Assembly: GCA_965200245.1 (NCBI GenBank)
Contig: CBDATS010000004.1
Span: 576,001-640,000 of the forward strand
Length of the DNA: 64,000 nucleotides
Direction of reading: 5' to 3'
Source: a bacterium
GTDB taxonomy: Bacteria > UBA8248
The translations under genes were made by a program, and so were the position numbers. The notes under the pieces were generated by a model, which searched no databases, was not told the DNA's origin, and saw nothing but the letters and a program-made list of their open reading frames with translations. Positions 10,965 to 21,102 of this stretch are shown here, one piece after another (the first letter of the stretch is position 1; each line of letters begins with the position of its first letter).

Positions 10965-11358
10965 TTATATGACCTCGCGGCCGCCGTCGGAATAGGTGAT
11001 CCGCATCGTCACGCAGCCTTCGTTCATCAGCCAGGGGCGTATGGTGAACGTGCGCGCACCACTCGCGTGCATGGGATCTGATTCCGCGATCTTTCTCGCC
11101 TCCGACAGAGATTCGGCGCGAACAATGATCATACCCTCCCCCTCCCAGCGTTGCTCATCCTCTGTCCAGAAAGGCCCCGCGCCGAACATGATGCCCTTTT
11201 GTTCGAGTTCGACCTAGAATTTCAGATGATCTTCCAAGTTTTCCATGACAGGTCCCAGTCCATTCGCAGGTTTCGTGAAATAGACGTACATCTGTTTTTG
11301 CAGACATCCGGCGCTGGCGTTCAGGACGTCTTGCGCACTGATTTGAGGTTCACTCATG
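10965..11358 (-). pseudogene. YciI family protein interrupted by an in-frame TAG (11214-11216)
   Basis: EDHLKF*VELEQKGIMFGAGPF...ESDPMH...IRPW reads as one frame across the stop. Confidence 0.8.
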
Positions 11359-12218
11359 GTTCGCTCCTGTATAAGGAATGATGGTGTGATTTCAAGAGGG
11401 GCCACTATAGCATCTTTTTTCGCAGCAACCATCGTCTCCCGACTCTCCTTCGAGTCGATTCCGGGAAATTGACATGCTTCGTCAAGTGCGCGGGTTTACA
11501 CCCTCCTCCTGGCACACCGTGCCGCCTGCGGCGATGGCCGCACTTCGCAGGATGAAGTTCTTGACGGGTTCTTCGGGCGTGGGAACGAAGGGAGTTTCAT
11601 TGAGGCAGGCCTCGGGCAGGAAAAACAGCGGCAGAACCATCCCCGCGATCTGCAGAAAAGCAGGAACAAAGCAAATCGGATGAGTAGGCAGAAGGGCAAC
11701 TCCAGCCCTGGCGCCACCTCCCGCCAGTCGATCAGGGAGATGAAAAAAGGCGGCAGCCGATAGATCGTACGGCGCACGAACCCGGTCCTTGACGCTTGAT
11801 CCGGAGGGTTTCAGTGCCCCGAACCAAGGTAAAGACTACGGCGAGTGAGATTCTCGGGAACAACCGGACATAACGGTTCATTCAGTCCGAGGCGTGACGA
11901 CCGATTTGGTCGATGCATGGGGTCAAGGGGAATTCCGTCCCTGTGACTGGTGTTGGCAAGCAACATCTTCCCTGAAAATAGCCGTTTATGGAGAAGGGTG
12001 GAATTGCCCGTAGCCTCGAAATCACCCAAGAGCGTTTCTCCCACTGTTTCTCAGCGAAACCCGAGCAGAGAAATGCAAAAAACCACAAATCCCCAAATTG
12101 AAAAACGTGCAACATTCACGCATAATTTCCTCACATTCAATTCATGCGGAAAACCGAAAAGTGTGGACTCCTCCGTTTCGGGAGCCGTGGGACTCATTCT
12201 CAAACTCAGGAGGCGTGT

Positions 12219-13946
12219 ATGATTATCGAACGTGACCTGCCCGTCGAGATGGATGACGGAGTTGTGCTCAGGGTTGACGTATTCCGGCCCGACACCAAGG
12301 AGAAAGTGCCCGTCGTAATGGCCGGGGGCCCCTACGGCAAGGGCGTCAAGTATCAGGAACACTACAAGCCGCTCTGGGATTCGCTAGTGAAGATGCATCC
12401 CGATATCCTCCAGGGTTCACAGCACCGCTGGCTCACCTGGGAGACGGTGGACCCCGAGATATGGGTACCCTGGGGCTATGCCTGCGTAAGGCTTGATTCA
12501 CGTGGAGCGGGGCGTTCGCCCGGCTATCTCGATATCTTCTCCCCTCGCGAGACCAGGGACTTCGCAATCGCCATCGAGTGGGCGGGACAGCAGAAATGGT
12601 CGACCGGCAAAGTGGGCCTGAACGGTGTTTCATACTACGCCATCAACCAGTGGCAGGTTGCGGCACTTCAGCCCAAGCATCTGACGGCCATGATCCCCTG
12701 GGAGGGGGCGGCCGACCACTATCGCGACTGGGCGCGCCATGGGGGCATTCTCTCCAACAAATTCATGGAAATCTGGTATCCGCGTCAGGTGGAAGCAGTG
12801 CAACACGGAAACCCCGAAGGCCCGCGTGACCACTGGATGGAAACGCGCTCTACGGGTCCGGCAACGCTCTCGGAGGAAGAGCTCAAGGAAAATCGCGCCG
12901 ATACTCTCGCGAACTTCCTCGCGCGCGAGATGGACGACGACTGGTACCGTTCCCGCTCGCCCGATTGGTCAAAGGTGAAGGTTCCCTTCCTGAGCGCGGG
13001 TAGCTGGGCAGGCTTCGGCCTCCATCCGCGCGGCAATTTCGAGGCTTTCACACAAGCGGCGTCCGAGGAGAAGTGGCTCGAAGGTCATCCGGGCAGGCAC
13101 GAAGAGTGGTTCTACCTCGAATATGGCATGCAGCTTCAGAAGCGCTTTTTCGACTATTATCTCAAGGACGAACAGAACGGATGGGAGAAAGAGCCGCGCG
13201 TGTGGCTGAATCTCCGTCGTCCGTTCACCGACGAAGTGGAACTGCGCAAGGAACACGAATGGCCGCTCAAAGGCACCGACTGGACGAAGCTCTACCTCCA
13301 CGCGGGCGACAAGGGCAAGCTCGACTGGGACCCGCCCAAGGCGGAGTGCTCGGAGACCTTCGAGGCACTCACGCGCGGCATCACACTCAGGACGCCGCCA
13401 CTCGAGGAAGAGACCGAGATCACCGGCCCGATGGCAGCCAAGCTGTTCATCTCCTCATCCACGGTGGATGCGGACCTGTTCGTCACCGTGCAGGCGTTCT
13501 CGCCCAGTGGCAGTGAGGTCTACTTCCAGGGCACGGTTGACCCCAAGACGCCGCTTGCCCAAGGCTGGTTGCGTGCCTCGCACCGAAAGCTCGACGAGGA
13601 GAAATCCGAACCTTGGCGTCCCTATCACACGCACGACGACAAGCAGCCACTCATGCCGGACAGGGTTTACGAACTCGACGTGGAAATCTGGCCCCAGTGC
13701 ATAGTGCTGCCCAAGGGCTTTCAACTCTCCATCAACATCGCCGGGCAGGATTTCGACCGGCCTGGACCTGCGGTGGATGCCTACGTGCCCTCACGCGGCT
13801 CGGGTCCTTTCCTGCACGATCATCCCGTCGATCGCTCAAAGGAAGTCTTCGGAGGGCGCACCACGCTGCACACGGGACCGGAACATCAATCCTATCTACT
13901 TGTTCCGATCATCCCCACGGAACGCCCGGGTGCGGTTGCGAAGTAG
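12219..13946 (+). CDS. CocE/NonD family hydrolase (S15)
   Basis: DGVVLRVDVFRP, DSRGAGRSPG, GVSYYA nucleophile motif. Confidence 0.92.
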   Translation: MIIERDLPVEMDDGVVLRVDVFRPDTKEKVPVVMAGGPYGKGVKYQEHYKPLWDSLVKMHPDILQGSQHRWLTWETVDPEIWVPWGYACVRLDSRGAGRSPGYLDIFSPRETRDFAIAIEWAGQQKWSTGKVGLNGVSYYAINQWQVAALQPKHLTAMIPWEGAADHYRDWARHGGILSNKFMEIWYPRQVEAVQHGNPEGPRDHWMETRSTGPATLSEEELKENRADTLANFLAREMDDDWYRSRSPDWSKVKVPFLSAGSWAGFGLHPRGNFEAFTQAASEEKWLEGHPGRHEEWFYLEYGMQLQKRFFDYYLKDEQNGWEKEPRVWLNLRRPFTDEVELRKEHEWPLKGTDWTKLYLHAGDKGKLDWDPPKAECSETFEALTRGITLRTPPLEEETEITGPMAAKLFISSSTVDADLFVTVQAFSPSGSEVYFQGTVDPKTPLAQGWLRASHRKLDEEKSEPWRPYHTHDDKQPLMPDRVYELDVEIWPQCIVLPKGFQLSINIAGQDFDRPGPAVDAYVPSRGSGPFLHDHPVDRSKEVFGGRTTLHTGPEHQSYLLVPIIPTERPGAVAK

Positions 13947-14069
13947 ATTCCGTGGGACTGAGTGATAGAGAAAGGGGGCATCAGGCCAGGGGTTCAACTC
14001 CCTTGGTCTGGTGTTTCCAGTAATGTAGCGGAGGCTGAACGCTTCCGTCTCTTCTTTGGTTCCTTCTTC

Positions 14070-14369
14070 TCAGGTAGCCGTTGCGCACGAGCGCACGGCG
14101 ACCCTGCGTGTCGCGCGCGACCGGGTGCTCCTCGAGGAAGTCCCTCAGTTCCGCCTCCACCGCCTGGCGGATGATGTGTTGCGCGCCCGCGCGCAACAGT
14201 TCGCTCAGTTCGTCCCGAAAGGCTGGATTCACGAAGGGAATCGTCATATCTTCCTGCATGGTGGTGCATCTCCTCCTTGCTGAATGACCGGGCTTCCAAC
14301 AACCCCATTTCAGCAGGAATGCGCCGCCTTCTTCAATTCAGCTCCATACACCAGATCCGACAGTAACTC
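14070..14369 (-). mobile_element. IS256-family remnant (one end plus transposase N-terminus)
   Basis: DELSELLRAGAQHIIRQAVEAEL...RNGYL typical of IS256 transposases; end-like sequence GAGTTACTGTCGGATCTGGTGT ending at 14369. Confidence 0.75.
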
Positions 14370-14414
14370 CAAAACCCTCTGTGATTTCTTTACCCACAGC
14401 GGAATGAAGGAGCC

Positions 14415-14950
14415 ATGGCGCGAAGAGGATTAAAGACCCCAAAATCCGACACCGGAGCCGTGACAGGCCATGAACGCGAACTTTGGCAGATGGCCGACAC
14501 CCCGTGCGGATCGATGGATGCCGCGGAATACAAGCATGTCGTCCTGGGTCTGCTTTTCCTCAAGTACATCTCCGACGCTTTCGAGGAACACCATGCCTCG
14601 GTTCTGGCCGAATGGGGCGCGGAGGCTGCCGAGGACCGGGACGAGTATCTCGCCGAGAACATCTTCTGGGTCCCGCCGGATGCCCGCTGGAGCCATCTCA
14701 GGACCCGGGCGCGGGAGCCTGTCATCGGCCGGATCGTCGATGACGCCATGGCGGCCATCGAGCGCGACAATCCGGCGCTCAGGGATGTGCTGCCCAGGGA
14801 CTACGCCCGTCCGGTGCTCGACAGGGTGCGGCTCGGCCAGCTCATCGACATGATCGGCAACATCCGGGTGGGTGATGCGGATGCGCGATCACGGGACGTT
14901 CTGGGCCGCGTCTACGAATATTTCCTGTCGCAGTTCGCAAGTGCAGAGAG
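14415..14950 (+). pseudogene. hsdM: type I RM methylase HsdM, N-terminal fragment
   Basis: [22 protein letters not shown]...[18 protein letters not shown], then the similarity ends. Confidence 0.85.
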
Positions 14951-15309
14951 GTTCAGTTTGTTTTGGTTTTTGGGGTTGGTTTGCGGCTCTTGCCGCGTTG
15001 GTCAGGATCCTTGAGCGGCGATGCGTTGGAACACGCCCGCGAGCATCGGCTGGTTTGCCGCTCCTCCTTCGTAAATGCGGACCGGCTGCAGACACCGCCC
15101 GCCCGCATGGGCGTTGAAAAAGGACAACCGTTGACCACCACAGGTGCGGTCGATTGTGTCGTCAATGTCCAGCACAGAATTTGGGGGAACGCAGAAAAAT
15201 TTCTTGCGTTTCCACCGGAATGTCCCGTATCCTGTTCATGATGCAAAAGAAAAACGAAAGCAGCGTGGGTGTCAACCCATACCCATTTCTCTCGGGAAAG
15301 GAGACCAGG

Positions 15310-15573
15310 ATGAAATCTGCTACAGAGATGCGGCAGCAGCTGAGTGAGAAGGCAGGCACGGACGAGGCGTTCCGGCAGAAACTGCTCGACGACCCGCGCG
15401 GCACGATCGAAAGCGAGTTCGATGTCGCCCTGCCGGCCGGTTTTTCGGTTTCGGTGCTCGAGGTCGCTGTCGGGGATCATGCGCATCTGGTGATCCCGCC
15501 CTCGTCGCTGATCCCCGACAGCGACCTCGAGAGCGTCAGCGGCGGCGGCGACCCGTGGTATTGGCGGGATTGA
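15310..15573 (+). CDS. NHLP-leader RiPP precursor, predicted core GDPWYWRD
   Basis: KAGTDEAFRQKLLDDPR...HLVIPP...DSDLESVSGG leader with double-Gly; AGGAG RBS upstream. Confidence 0.88.
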   Translation: MKSATEMRQQLSEKAGTDEAFRQKLLDDPRGTIESEFDVALPAGFSVSVLEVAVGDHAHLVIPPSSLIPDSDLESVSGGGDPWYWRD

Positions 15574-15803
15574 TGAATGGAGATCTGTTGTTGACGGACA
15601 GTTTTTCGCTGGGCTGGTTTCTGGACGCGCTCCGGCCGGAGATTCCGCAGTCGCTTCTGTCGGGTTCCAGTCTGGAGCGTGTTCTCGTGTGCGCCTCCGC
15701 ATTGCCGCTGGCGGCGGCGGGCAACAAGCATTTGTCGTTATTGACACTGCAAATAGAGAAAATGAGGGACATGCCAGTATTTACACAAAAAATCCTGAAA
15801 TAG
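15573..15803 (+). pseudogene. truncated gene translationally coupled to the RiPP precursor
   Basis: TGATG overlap; GC-rich coding-like sequence switches to AT-rich DNA near 15722. Confidence 0.5.
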
Positions 15804-15892
15804 GAGAAGGTGGAACTAGGAAATTGAGAAACTTGCTCCTCCCGTTGCTACAAAACAGGATGGCTTTAGACGAAGCATTTCATCACTTTTCG

Positions 15893-15913
15893 ATTTCAAA
15901 GTGAAACTCTGCC
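15893..15913. mobile_element. isolated IS1-family-like terminal repeat
   Basis: ATTTCAAAGTGAAACTCTGCC resembles the TIR ATTTCAAAGTGAGACACTACC of the 33.5-40.9 kb element. Confidence 0.6.
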
Positions 15914-16296
15914 AAATTTTCAAGTTTCCCGAGCCCCCCGTCATTTCGATATGTCAGGCTACGCCATAAATCTTTTTTGAGTGGAATTTTTTCCGGCTCA
16001 ACTTGTAGCAATACTTTGACAAGATCGGGGAAATGGCCTGTTTCCGGCTGTTTGCGGGAGTGGGTCAGTTTTTATGAGGAAACCATTGGAGATACGCATA
16101 TAGCATGCACTTGGCTTCATTCTCGTTATAAGAATACAGAACCCACAAATTATCAGTCTCTGCGAGATTATTTCCATGAAAAACATCAGAGTTACTTTGT
16201 GGGTTCCCTCTTGTCGCGTGGTCTTCCATCTGCTGGGGAATGAGACAAACTCCATTCGGCTCCTCGCCATTGTTCACTGAATCTGTTGTTTTCTCA

Positions 16297-16600
16297 TTAC
16301 GCCTTATCTATGGATTCCTCGGCGCAACGAGCCAAAGCGACGGTGCGATATTGCGGGAACCAGGAATTAGACATTTTCGATTTTTCAACTACTTTACTTG
16401 CCCATATCTTGACCTCTTCCGCTATCTCCTCCTTTTCAGAAACCAACGTGGCACACATGGGAATTTCTTCTCCCTCAGTTGCCATTTCCCAGATTCTGTC
16501 GTGAGTGATTTCGCGGATACCTGTGGCTAATCTACGTTCACTCTCAGAAAGCAGGCTGATGTCTGGTCAGTCTTCTGTAAACAGAACCGCCATATGAGAA
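16297..16600 (-). pseudogene. possible Panacea/DUF4065 antitoxin-like C-terminal remnant
   Basis: PDISLLSESE...ITHDRIWEMATEGEEIP fragments; weak, recognised from memory. Confidence 0.3.
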
Positions 16601-16663
16601 TTATTTCCGTTATCGAATCCGGGACGAAGCATATGTGTTTGCAACACCTGATCAAATTCTTAC

Positions 16664-17422
16664 TCATTTCTTGACAAAATACACTTTTTCCTTGTCGTCC
16701 CAGAGTTCGCACCACTTCCGTGCGCGCTCCTCTATCTCAGTATCACTGTTCACAATAAAGAACGTCCTGGGCGACACATACCGCCATCTAACCGCACAGC
16801 TATTGGAACCAAGCCGTCTCAGCCAGCACTTGACCTCCTCGCAATGCCCGCCCTTTCGGCGTGTGTTGTGGTGGTAGATAACGACGGGTCGCGGCTGCCC
16901 GTTATTTTTCCACAAGCATTTCACTTCGCATTCCGAGATACTTTTTCCGTGCTTTTTTTGACCGGGTCTGAAATTACACTTTTCTTTCAAACCGTTATCG
17001 GGGTCGGCGAATACCAAGTCACATTCGTTCAAGTCCTCCAGAACACGCTTGAACCAAGCGTGTCTCCAGTCTGCTTGTTCGCCTCGACTACAGCCAGCGA
17101 AGGACAACCTGCAACCGGAAAACACGGCATTCTTAAGAATACCGGATTTTTCGATTTCCTTAACGGAACGTCTCTCCTCTATAATTTCCTTGACGGAACA
17201 TTTCTTCTCTACAATTAAAATTTGCCGAAGTTCATCGAATGTCTTGGGGTCGGAATCTCGCAACCTCTCATCACGCAAATACTCCGTATGTTTCCCGTCT
17301 TCCGTCTTTTTCTCATCGGGGAAAAGATACTAGGCTACGCCGAGTTTCTTTCCGCAGGACAGCGCGCGGAGGAGGCTGTATTTGGCGTAGTCCCCGATGT
17401 CTCCCGTATACCTGTCCTGCAC
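16664..17422 (-). pseudogene. conserved hypothetical protein (MQDRYTGDIGDYAKY type) with in-frame TAG at 17330-17332
   Basis: GTG start; KLGVA*YLFPDE continues in frame into the 204-aa ORF (DLVFADPDNG, VVIYHH). Confidence 0.7.
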
Positions 17423-17567
17423 CTGGATTCTCCAGTTCAGTGTTCAAGACGTCACGCCACCAAGTCCCGGTAGCACAGACGCCAGCCGATTATGTCCTGC
17501 GCCATGTATGCTATCAGGTTGATGGTGTCGGCTTCAGATGTTGGATTCGCTTTTTCTATTCGTTCTT

Positions 17568-17643
17568 TGGTGGGCGGGAGAGGGCTCGAACCTCCGACCT
17601 ATGCCTTGTAAGGGCACCGCTCTGCCAGCTGAGCTACCCGCCC
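17568..17643 (-). tRNA. tRNA-Val(TAC)
   Basis: GGGCGGGTAGCTCAGCTGGCAGAGCGGTGCCCTTACAAGGCATAGGTCGGAGGTTCGAGCCCTCTCCCGCCCACCA folds as a cloverleaf with CCA end. Confidence 0.97.
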
Positions 17644-17730
17644 AAATAAGGAAACGGCGAATGGAGAATAGCATCTTGGGGGCCAGGCGACCATCCCCGG
17701 AGGTGATGAGAACCTGGTCCCATCAACCAG

Positions 17731-18852
17731 CTAAATCTGGAGTTCCCCGTCCTTCGAGAAGAGTTTTCCGTCGACATAGACCTCACCACCCTGTCGTAAA
17801 TCACACACCATGTCCCAGTGAAGTGCCGAGTTGTTTTTCGATCCGCTCTGGGGATAGCCCTTGCCGAGAGCGAGGTGCAAGGAGCCGCCGATTTTCTCGT
17901 CGAACAGTATGTTCTTCGTGAAGCGCTGGATGCCACCGTTCAGTCCGAACGCGAACTCCCCTACCCTCTTCGCACCCTCGTCCATGCCAATCATCGATTT
18001 CAGGAATGCCTCGTTCTTCTCGGCCACTGCCTTGACGACCTCGCCTTTCTCGAACTCGAGTTCCACACCTTCCACCTCACGCCCCTGGATGCAGGCCGGG
18101 AAGGAATAGCGAATCTTGCCGTCGATCTTGTTCTCCTCGGGGCCGGTGAAAATCTCTCCATCCGGGAAATTGTTGTGTCCTGAGCAGTTGAGAAACGGAC
18201 GCCCCGTGATGCCCACTCGCAAGTCGATGCCCGGCGCTCCGATTTCCACCACCTTGCGACCCTTGAGATAACGGATGACCCGCGCCTGAAGCCTGTGTTG
18301 TTCACGCCAGCGCTTGATGCCGCCTGCCTCGTCCGCGAAGCAGGCGCCAAAGACGAAATCCTCGTATTCCCTGATTCCCATCTCCGCATCCTGGGCGTAG
18401 GCTTCGGTAGGATAGAGGGTGAGCGTCCACCTGAGGCCCCCCTTGCCTTTCTCTTCATGCTCGGCAGCGCGCCTCATGAAAGTATCCATGATGGGCTGCC
18501 TCGTCCTGGACACAATCGCCTGTTTTTTGGGGTCCACTCCCGAAAGCCGCCGGGTGTTCGTTTCCGACAAAACGGAGATGACAACGTCCACGTTCTCGAC
18601 TTCGAACTTCCTCAAGGGAGAGAGATATTCCAGCTGCCTGCGGGTGGCGTGCTCAAAGAAAATCTCTTCCAGTCCCGGCAGCGACACCTCGGTATGGACG
18701 TAAGCGCCACGCCGGACGCACTCGGCGTAGAGCGCGCGAATGAGGGGAGCAGCGGCCGTACTCCCCCGAATCCCCACGAGATCACCCCGCTTCACTTTTG
18801 AGGAATAGCCCGTAATGATCTCCGCCATCCGTTCCACACGCACATCCGCCAT
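17731..18852 (-). CDS. aminopeptidase (M29, aminopeptidase T/II)
   Basis: NFPDGEIFTGP, LFDEKIGGSLHLALG, SALHWDMV; start set at MADVRVERMA. Confidence 0.92.
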   Translation of the reverse strand: MADVRVERMAEIITGYSSKVKRGDLVGIRGSTAAAPLIRALYAECVRRGAYVHTEVSLPGLEEIFFEHATRRQLEYLSPLRKFEVENVDVVISVLSETNTRRLSGVDPKKQAIVSRTRQPIMDTFMRRAAEHEEKGKGGLRWTLTLYPTEAYAQDAEMGIREYEDFVFGACFADEAGGIKRWREQHRLQARVIRYLKGRKVVEIGAPGIDLRVGITGRPFLNCSGHNNFPDGEIFTGPEENKIDGKIRYSFPACIQGREVEGVELEFEKGEVVKAVAEKNEAFLKSMIGMDEGAKRVGEFAFGLNGGIQRFTKNILFDEKIGGSLHLALGKGYPQSGSKNNSALHWDMVCDLRQGGEVYVDGKLFSKDGELQI

Positions 18853-19239
18853 CGTTCCCTCTCCCGTAATGATTTGTTCAGGTAATGCTGCAAACGGCAA
18901 CCACCAAGCACGGCCCTTGCGGACGAAGCAAGAAACCATGAAGCGCTCGACTCTGCAATTACCATACAACAAAACAGCAAAGAGGTTCAGCAGCAAATGA
19001 GTTTTGGAAAGCAAACCGATTGGCATTCCATTTGAGTAGAAGGTGCTGCCGATACCGGATCCGGTATGGTGACGATATGATGGGTTTCCAGTCCCTTTAC
19101 TGTTGACCCGACACAATGCAATAAGCGACGGGCTCTCTCGATAAACCACCCCGTCCGGGCAGACCCCAATCTTACCCGGATGTGCTATAAGCAATGAAAA
19201 TGCGACGACTTACACAGCCCCAAAACGGAGAAGCAAGAC

Positions 19240-20046
19240 GTGGCAAAATCGGATTTGGAAGGAAGCTGGGCGCTCATACTGGGAGCCAGCAGCGGCTTCG
19301 GGGAAGCGAACGCGATCAAACTCTCAAGCATGGGAGTGAACATCTTCGGCGTTCATCTCGACAGGAAAAGCACGCTTCACAACGTGGAGCGCATTCAGGA
19401 GCAAATCAAAATCAATGGTACCGAATCCCTGTATTTCAACGTGAACGCAGCGGGCCACGAAGAGCGAAAGAGTGTTCTGGATCAAATCGAGGAACATCTG
19501 GGCGGGAGTGCGAAAGGTGCGGTACGCATCCTGCTTCACAGCCTGGCCTTCGGCACGCTCAAACCCTACATCGCGGATGAGGAAAAGGACGCCATCACCC
19601 CCAGGCAACTCGAAATGACGCTCGATGTCATGGCGAACAGCCTGGTGTATTGGACCCAAGCGCTCGTACGGCGAGAACTCATGGGTTTCGGGGGCCGTAT
19701 CTACGCCATGACAAGCGCGGGCGGACACCGAATCTGGAAAACCTATGGTGCTGTTTCGGCGGCCAAGGCCGCTCTCGAGAGCCACATTCGTCAACTCGCC
19801 GTCGAACTCGCGCCCTTGGGCATCACGGCGAACAGCATACAGGCCGGCGTCACGGACACACCCGCGCTTCGCAAAATCCCTGGAAATGTCAAGATGATCG
19901 ACAACACGAAAAAAATCAACCCCCACGGGGAACTGACAACGCCACAGAAAGTAGCCGACGCCATCGCCACGCTGGCCACCTCCGGAACGCAGTGGATGAC
20001 GGGCGATTTGATTCGGGTCGATGGAGGCGAAGACATCGCGGGCTGA
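19240..20046 (+). CDS. enoyl-ACP reductase-like SDR (FabL/FabI type)
   Basis: LGASSGFG, YGAVSAAKAALE, GVTDTPAL. Confidence 0.85.
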   Translation: MAKSDLEGSWALILGASSGFGEANAIKLSSMGVNIFGVHLDRKSTLHNVERIQEQIKINGTESLYFNVNAAGHEERKSVLDQIEEHLGGSAKGAVRILLHSLAFGTLKPYIADEEKDAITPRQLEMTLDVMANSLVYWTQALVRRELMGFGGRIYAMTSAGGHRIWKTYGAVSAAKAALESHIRQLAVELAPLGITANSIQAGVTDTPALRKIPGNVKMIDNTKKINPHGELTTPQKVADAIATLATSGTQWMTGDLIRVDGGEDIAG

Positions 20047-20227
20047 GACGAGTCATGGCCAGAGAACTTTCCGGGAAAACCCGACTTGGCGTGTGACAGA
20101 AAGCATACGGAAGCGCCGAACGCCTTGAGAAACGTTCGTCGTTCGTCCCCATGATCACTTGCTCCTGGCGGGGCATGCCAGACACTGCGTTTCGAGATAG
20201 ATTTCCCTCTTTTTCCTTGAGAATCGC

Positions 20228-20980
20228 ATGAGCGAAGTGGAAGCCGTCGTCGTCATTCTTGTTCTCTTTTTTGGCGGATTCGTGAAGGGTTCTATCGGCT
20301 TCGGTACGCCCTTGGTTTCCGCGCCGCTTCTCGCGCTCTTTATCGATCCTCAGGAGATCGTCACCCTGCTCGCGCTCCCGCTCCTGGTCTCCAACATCAC
20401 CGACACCTATCGCCTTCGCTCGGAATGGCGCTCGCTCAGGGAAATATGGCTGTATCTGCTGTGCGCCCTCGCACTCATACCGGTGGGGGTGTGGTTTCTG
20501 GGGTTCGGAGACCCCGATTTCATCCGTTTGATGATGGGAATCATGGCTTATACGTACCTGCTCGTGGAGAGCCGCCTTTCCTCCTTCAAGGAACTCGGCA
20601 CGGGGCTGCAAAGAATCGTCGGCGCCTTGATGGGCGCGATACTGGGTTTCGTGTACGGGACGACAACCATCAGCGGAGCCATCAACGTGATTTACTTCAG
20701 CATGCTCAGGTTGTCGAAAAATCCCTTCATCTTCCTGATGAACGCATTCAACACAACTGGCATGATCGTCATAATCTCGAGCCTTGGCCTACAGGGTATT
20801 TATACGAAGCCGCGCTTCACGAACGCGTTGCTGGCGATCATACCCGTGTACGTCGGGTACTGGGTGGGCATTCGCGTTCGAGAGCATATCGACCAGGCGC
20901 TTTTCTTCAAGCTCATCCGGATAGCCCTGTTCCTGATCGCCACGAGTCTCGTGATCAAATTCGCCTTGGGAAAGATATGA
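20228..20980 (+). CDS. TauE/SafE family membrane exporter
   Basis: GGFVKGSIGFG; many hydrophobic helices. Confidence 0.85.
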   Translation: MSEVEAVVVILVLFFGGFVKGSIGFGTPLVSAPLLALFIDPQEIVTLLALPLLVSNITDTYRLRSEWRSLREIWLYLLCALALIPVGVWFLGFGDPDFIRLMMGIMAYTYLLVESRLSSFKELGTGLQRIVGALMGAILGFVYGTTTISGAINVIYFSMLRLSKNPFIFLMNAFNTTGMIVIISSLGLQGIYTKPRFTNALLAIIPVYVGYWVGIRVREHIDQALFFKLIRIALFLIATSLVIKFALGKI

Positions 20981-21037
20981 GGTTCCACGGGCACAACAGA
21001 CTTATGCCCTGAAGCGATGCAGCAGATTTCCAGAAAG

Positions 21038-21069
21038 AAACCCCGCCCGGACGAACCCGGACGGGGTTT
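21038..21069. terminator. intrinsic terminator between convergent genes
   Basis: AAACCCCG.CCGG...CCGG.CGGGGTTT hairpin. Confidence 0.7.
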
Positions 21070-21102
21070 GATGCTATCGGGCGAGAGATCGCCCTGTTTC
21101 AG

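Noticed and set aside
11470-12120. Short ORFs or a possible ncRNA upstream of the CocE gene
   Set aside because: No recognisable motif or structure; at most degraded gene fragments.
11214-17332. In-frame TAG codons (11214, 17330, also about 40780) as pyrrolysine or amber recoding
   Set aside because: The expected residues differ (Gln versus Trp), each is one transition from a sense codon, and TAG ends many normal genes here.
19052-19067. 16-bp palindrome ATACCGGATCCGGTAT between divergent genes
   Set aside because: Possibly an operator, but single-copy and without an identifiable regulator.
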